From contig CAZREA010000011.1 of NCBI GenBank assembly GCA_964599455.1, positions 1 to 24,603 of the forward strand: a stretch of DNA of 24,603 nucleotides, written 5' to 3'. A program made the position numbers and the translations under genes. Below the pieces are notes generated by a model. It was not told where the DNA came from and made no database searches. It saw only the letters and a program-made list of their open reading frames with translations. Positions 22,082 to 24,603 of the stretch are shown here, piece by piece. Each line of letters begins with the position of its first letter. Within the stretch, counting starts at the first letter, position 1. The DNA comes from an uncultured Gammaproteobacteria bacterium (GTDB lineage: Bacteria > Patescibacteriota > Patescibacteriia > UBA9934).

Positions 22082-22783
22082 TTATTTTGTGATAGTGAAG
22101 GAGTTGATGAAGGTGTTGTAATCCGCTTCATTGGCGTTGTCGGCTTCGTAGACGGTCATCAACTGATAGAGTGTATTACCAACGAAGATGAATTTTCCTT
22201 GAAAATACACGGGTGTACCAGGAACAACATTCTCATTACGAATGAGAAAGTCGAGCGAAGTATTACCGGAAAACGTTCCAAAGCTTGACGACACGAGTTG
22301 TTGACCTGAATTCTGGGTAAAACCATTCAAAGAATTTTGTAACACTTCGCGAGGATTTGAAAGATCCAGATTAGAGGGGTATTGCGTGATGTTCAAGGAG
22401 TACACCGTTTCATTTGTCATACTACTTGAAAGTGATTGGATGGTGACGGTGGCATCCGTACCCTCAACGGGGATTGTCGAGGTGGTGGGGGTTGGCGCGT
22501 AAGGAAAAGCTGCAGCAAAAGTACCATTTGGATCGGTATAGGTATACCAATCTTGTTGGACGTTCGAAAGATCGGTTCCCTGGTGATAATCATCGAGATT
22601 GATGTCGTCATTCCTTGTCATGCTCCAAAGAAGCATGAGTAAAAAGAGAATACCAATGACAATGCCTATTTTTTTCGTTTTATCTAAGTTGGTAAAGAAA
22701 TCAGGAACGGAAAGCGCAGCTCCACAGGCTGGACAGTTTTTCGCGCCACTCGGTAAAGGCTTTTGACATTTGGGACAGTTCAT
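22082..22783 (-). CDS. Zinc-ribbon / single-TM membrane protein with an extracytoplasmic domain of unknown function
   Basis: 233 aa. The N-terminal CxxC-x10-CxxC ribbon is MNCPKCQKPLPSGAKNCPACG. The TM helix is IGIVIGILFLLMLLW. A ~170-aa Ser/Thr/Asn-rich domain follows. Confidence 0.75.
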   Translation of the reverse strand: MNCPKCQKPLPSGAKNCPACGAALSVPDFFTNLDKTKKIGIVIGILFLLMLLWSMTRNDDINLDDYHQGTDLSNVQQDWYTYTDPNGTFAAAFPYAPTPTTSTIPVEGTDATVTIQSLSSSMTNETVYSLNITQYPSNLDLSNPREVLQNSLNGFTQNSGQQLVSSSFGTFSGNTSLDFLIRNENVVPGTPVYFQGKFIFVGNTLYQLMTVYEADNANEADYNTFINSFTITK

Positions 22784-22861
22784 AAGAAAACAAAGAATGA
22801 TAGATCTAGTTTGCCTGGGTTTTCCCTCGTCGAAAATAGTAAGGTGTGAACAAGCGAAATC

Positions 22862-22897
22862 AGAAAACCGAGCCCGCCTAAACGAACTCGGTTTTCT
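22862..22897 (-). terminator. Hairpin terminator after the ABC ATPase gene
   Basis: AGAAAACCGAG-(14 nt)-CTCGGTTTTCT. It overlaps the TAG stop at 22896-22898. A moderately T-rich tract follows on the minus strand. Confidence 0.45.
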
Positions 22898-24074
22898 ATT
22901 CTTTTGCTTTCGTCAATGCAGTTGCAATCATTTTACTTACTTCCCACATCTCTTCAAAGAATCGTATATACGCTTCGGCAACGAATGAGTCGCGGATTTC
23001 GATGATCGTCGGTTTGTCACCAAAGATTTGCATGATGACCGTATCGTCCATGACGTTATAGTTGGCGGGATTCTGGAGTGTTCGCGGCATCAAGCGAAAT
23101 TCGTTAATGTCAGGATGACGCTTGAGGAGTTCTTGATCTTTTTCACCGAATTCATACATGCACATTCTCCACGTAATATTTTTCTCAACACGCATCCGTT
23201 CGTACTCTTCGTAAAATCTTCCCATTGGCACATACCAACGATCGCCAACTGCTCCGGCAACATGGATAGTCGAGTTTTTTGGCAATCGTTTGAGCAAACC
23301 CAGATGATACGCCTGAAATTGTTCAACGCCTTCGAATATTTCAACGGCATGATCGCGCTTGACGATCTCTTGAATGAACGAGAGGATTCGCGGATCGGTT
23401 TGTTCATGGAAGAATTGTGTTGCCGACACGTTCTGCACGATTTTTCCTTTTTCAAGAAACAGAATACGATCAGCGATCGCAAGCGCTAAAGAGATATGAT
23501 GCGTAACAACGATCATCGTATACCCGTCTTTCGCGAGTGATCGGATGTTATCAAGTACGCTTTTGGTGAGTTCTGGATCAAGTGCGGACGTAACCTCATC
23601 GAGGAGAAGAATCTTCGGCCGCATCATCATGGCGCGAATCAGTGCGATGCGTTGACGCTGTCCGCCGGAGAGTTCGTGTGGATACGTATTGAGATATGCT
23701 TCGAGATCGAATCGTGCAAGAAGATCTTTTGCTGTTTGTTCGATACTCTTCGAATCTCCATTTTTAACCACACGAGGAGCGAGTATGAGATTTTCTTTGA
23801 CGGTGAGATGTGGCCACAGAGTATAGTCTTGCGGCACGTAAACGATCTCACCAGGTTGATCAACTTCCTGATCAAGCACAAGATCTCCCGCATCTTTTTG
23901 TTCAAGACCGCATAACAGACGTAGAAGTGTACTTTTGCCGGCACCGCTTGGTCCGAGTACGCAAATTATCTCTCCTTTCTTCACTTCAAAAGAGATGTCA
24001 CTGACGCCGCGTTGCCCATCTTCCGTAAAAAGACGTGAAAGATTTTCTGCGGTAAGCGACACGTTAGACGACAT
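22896..24074 (-). CDS. ABC transporter ATP-binding protein (polar amino-acid type) fused to a ~150-aa C-terminal domain
   Basis: Walker A is LGPSGAGKSTLLRLL, the Q-loop is VPQDYTLWPHLTV, the signature is LSGGQRQRIALIRAMMMRP, Walker B is ILLLDEVTSALD, and the H-loop is VVTHH. About 150 further residues follow (AVEIFEGVEQFQAYH...IIEIRDSFVAEAYIRFFEEMWEVS). Canonical GlnQ/HisP-type ATPases lack this region. Confidence 0.85.
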   Translation of the reverse strand: MSSNVSLTAENLSRLFTEDGQRGVSDISFEVKKGEIICVLGPSGAGKSTLLRLLCGLEQKDAGDLVLDQEVDQPGEIVYVPQDYTLWPHLTVKENLILAPRVVKNGDSKSIEQTAKDLLARFDLEAYLNTYPHELSGGQRQRIALIRAMMMRPKILLLDEVTSALDPELTKSVLDNIRSLAKDGYTMIVVTHHISLALAIADRILFLEKGKIVQNVSATQFFHEQTDPRILSFIQEIVKRDHAVEIFEGVEQFQAYHLGLLKRLPKNSTIHVAGAVGDRWYVPMGRFYEEYERMRVEKNITWRMCMYEFGEKDQELLKRHPDINEFRLMPRTLQNPANYNVMDDTVIMQIFGDKPTIIEIRDSFVAEAYIRFFEEMWEVSKMIATALTKAKE

Positions 24075-24603
24075 AGCGTTTCTTAAGAATATGCACGATC
24101 AGGTGAAGGGGTCCAAGCAGGAGAAAGAAGAACAGAACGAGAAGTGAATAGATTTCTACGGGTTTATAGACAAGCGAGTTGATGTTTTGCGCAACGCGGA
24201 AGAGTTCGGGAACGGAAATTAAGCTGGCGAATAACGTGTATTCGAGCATCTTTGCTTGATTGGTAAGAAGTTGAGGAATCGTTCGTCGGGAAATAATCGG
24301 TAGCTCGATGTGACGGATGAGATTCATCGTTGACAAGCCAAGCGTCTTGCCGACGTCGCGATACGATTCAGGAAAATGTACCAGTTCGCGACCAATAAGA
24401 TCTGCAGTTGCCACTAGATTCATCAATCCTAACGCCAACACCGTTGTCCAAAAGGGATCAATGACGATATGCAAGAGTTGCTGCAGCGGATAATGAAGCC
24501 AGAAGAGGAGAACGAGTGCGGGAATCGTGTTTAAGAAGAATGAAAGCTTGGTTACGATTGAATACAGTACTTTCCAGAATCGAGTACCGATAATACCAAT
24601 CAA
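24064..24603 (-). CDS. ABC transporter permease (amino-acid type); N terminus lies beyond the window edge
   Basis: Multi-TM sequence with an EAA-like loop (SYRDVGKTLGLSTMNLIRHIELPIISRRTIPQLLTNQ). The 3' end overlaps the ATPase start by 11 nt. Confidence 0.75.
   Translation of the reverse strand: MIGIIGTRFWKVLYSIVTKLSFFLNTIPALVLLFWLHYPLQQLLHIVIDPFWTTVLALGLMNLVATADLIGRELVHFPESYRDVGKTLGLSTMNLIRHIELPIISRRTIPQLLTNQAKMLEYTLFASLISVPELFRVAQNINSLVYKPVEIYSLLVLFFFLLLGPLHLIVHILKKRYVV

Noticed and set aside
1-24603. CRISPR arrays, rRNA genes, reverse transcriptase/DGR or retron components, restriction-modification or other named defence genes
   Set aside because: I saw no regularly spaced direct repeats with unique spacers and no rRNA-like sequence. 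No ORF has RT, Cas, nuclease-helicase or toxin-antitoxin signatures that I could recognise.

Overview
This is a 24.6-kb chromosomal window that reads cleanly in the standard genetic code. Gene content suggests a small-genome, Gram-positive-type bacterium, possibly CPR/Patescibacteria-like. The clues are a GIY-YIG mini-ORF, giant repeat-rich surface proteins, a Wzy_C-TPR fusion, and almost no Shine-Dalgarno sites. This taxonomic placement is inference only. Housekeeping genes present: rmuC plus a NUDIX hydrolase, tRNA-Arg(CCU), tRNA-Ala(CGC), ychF, rpsF-ssb-rpsR, epmA-efp, and an amino-acid-type ABC transporter (ATPase plus a partial permease). These surround four less ordinary regions. (1) An AT-rich cluster of DnaA boxes (2766-2996) lies with no dnaA gene in view. 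It sits directly upstream of an 11-kb, five-gene, tightly packed envelope/surface operon (3015-14020). That operon encodes a Ser/Thr-rich secreted protein, a C-terminally anchored Ig/PapD-like protein, an 872-aa multi-TM protein with CarboxypepD_reg-like domains, a 1400-aa tandem-repeat fibre-like protein, and a Wzy_C(O-antigen-ligase-like)-TPR membrane protein. I consider this operon the best candidate for an undescribed system. (2) A single-ORF IS200/IS605 element (Y1 TnpA only) is inserted after that operon. (3) The apparently empty 480-bp gap between ychF and a methyltransferase gene holds three tandem, partly overlapping micro-ORFs of 37, 32 and 31 aa. Each has a consensus GGAGG ribosome-binding site, and all fall below the ORF-track length cutoff. 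(4) A minus-strand tRNA has the acceptor stem of the window's tRNA-Ala, including G3:U70 and A73, but its best fold gives a UGG (Pro) anticodon. A rearranged copy of its anticodon-arm sequence lies about 100 nt upstream. No CRISPR array, rRNA, reverse transcriptase, tnpB or recognisable defence gene was seen. All family assignments come from motif recognition by eye; no searches were run.
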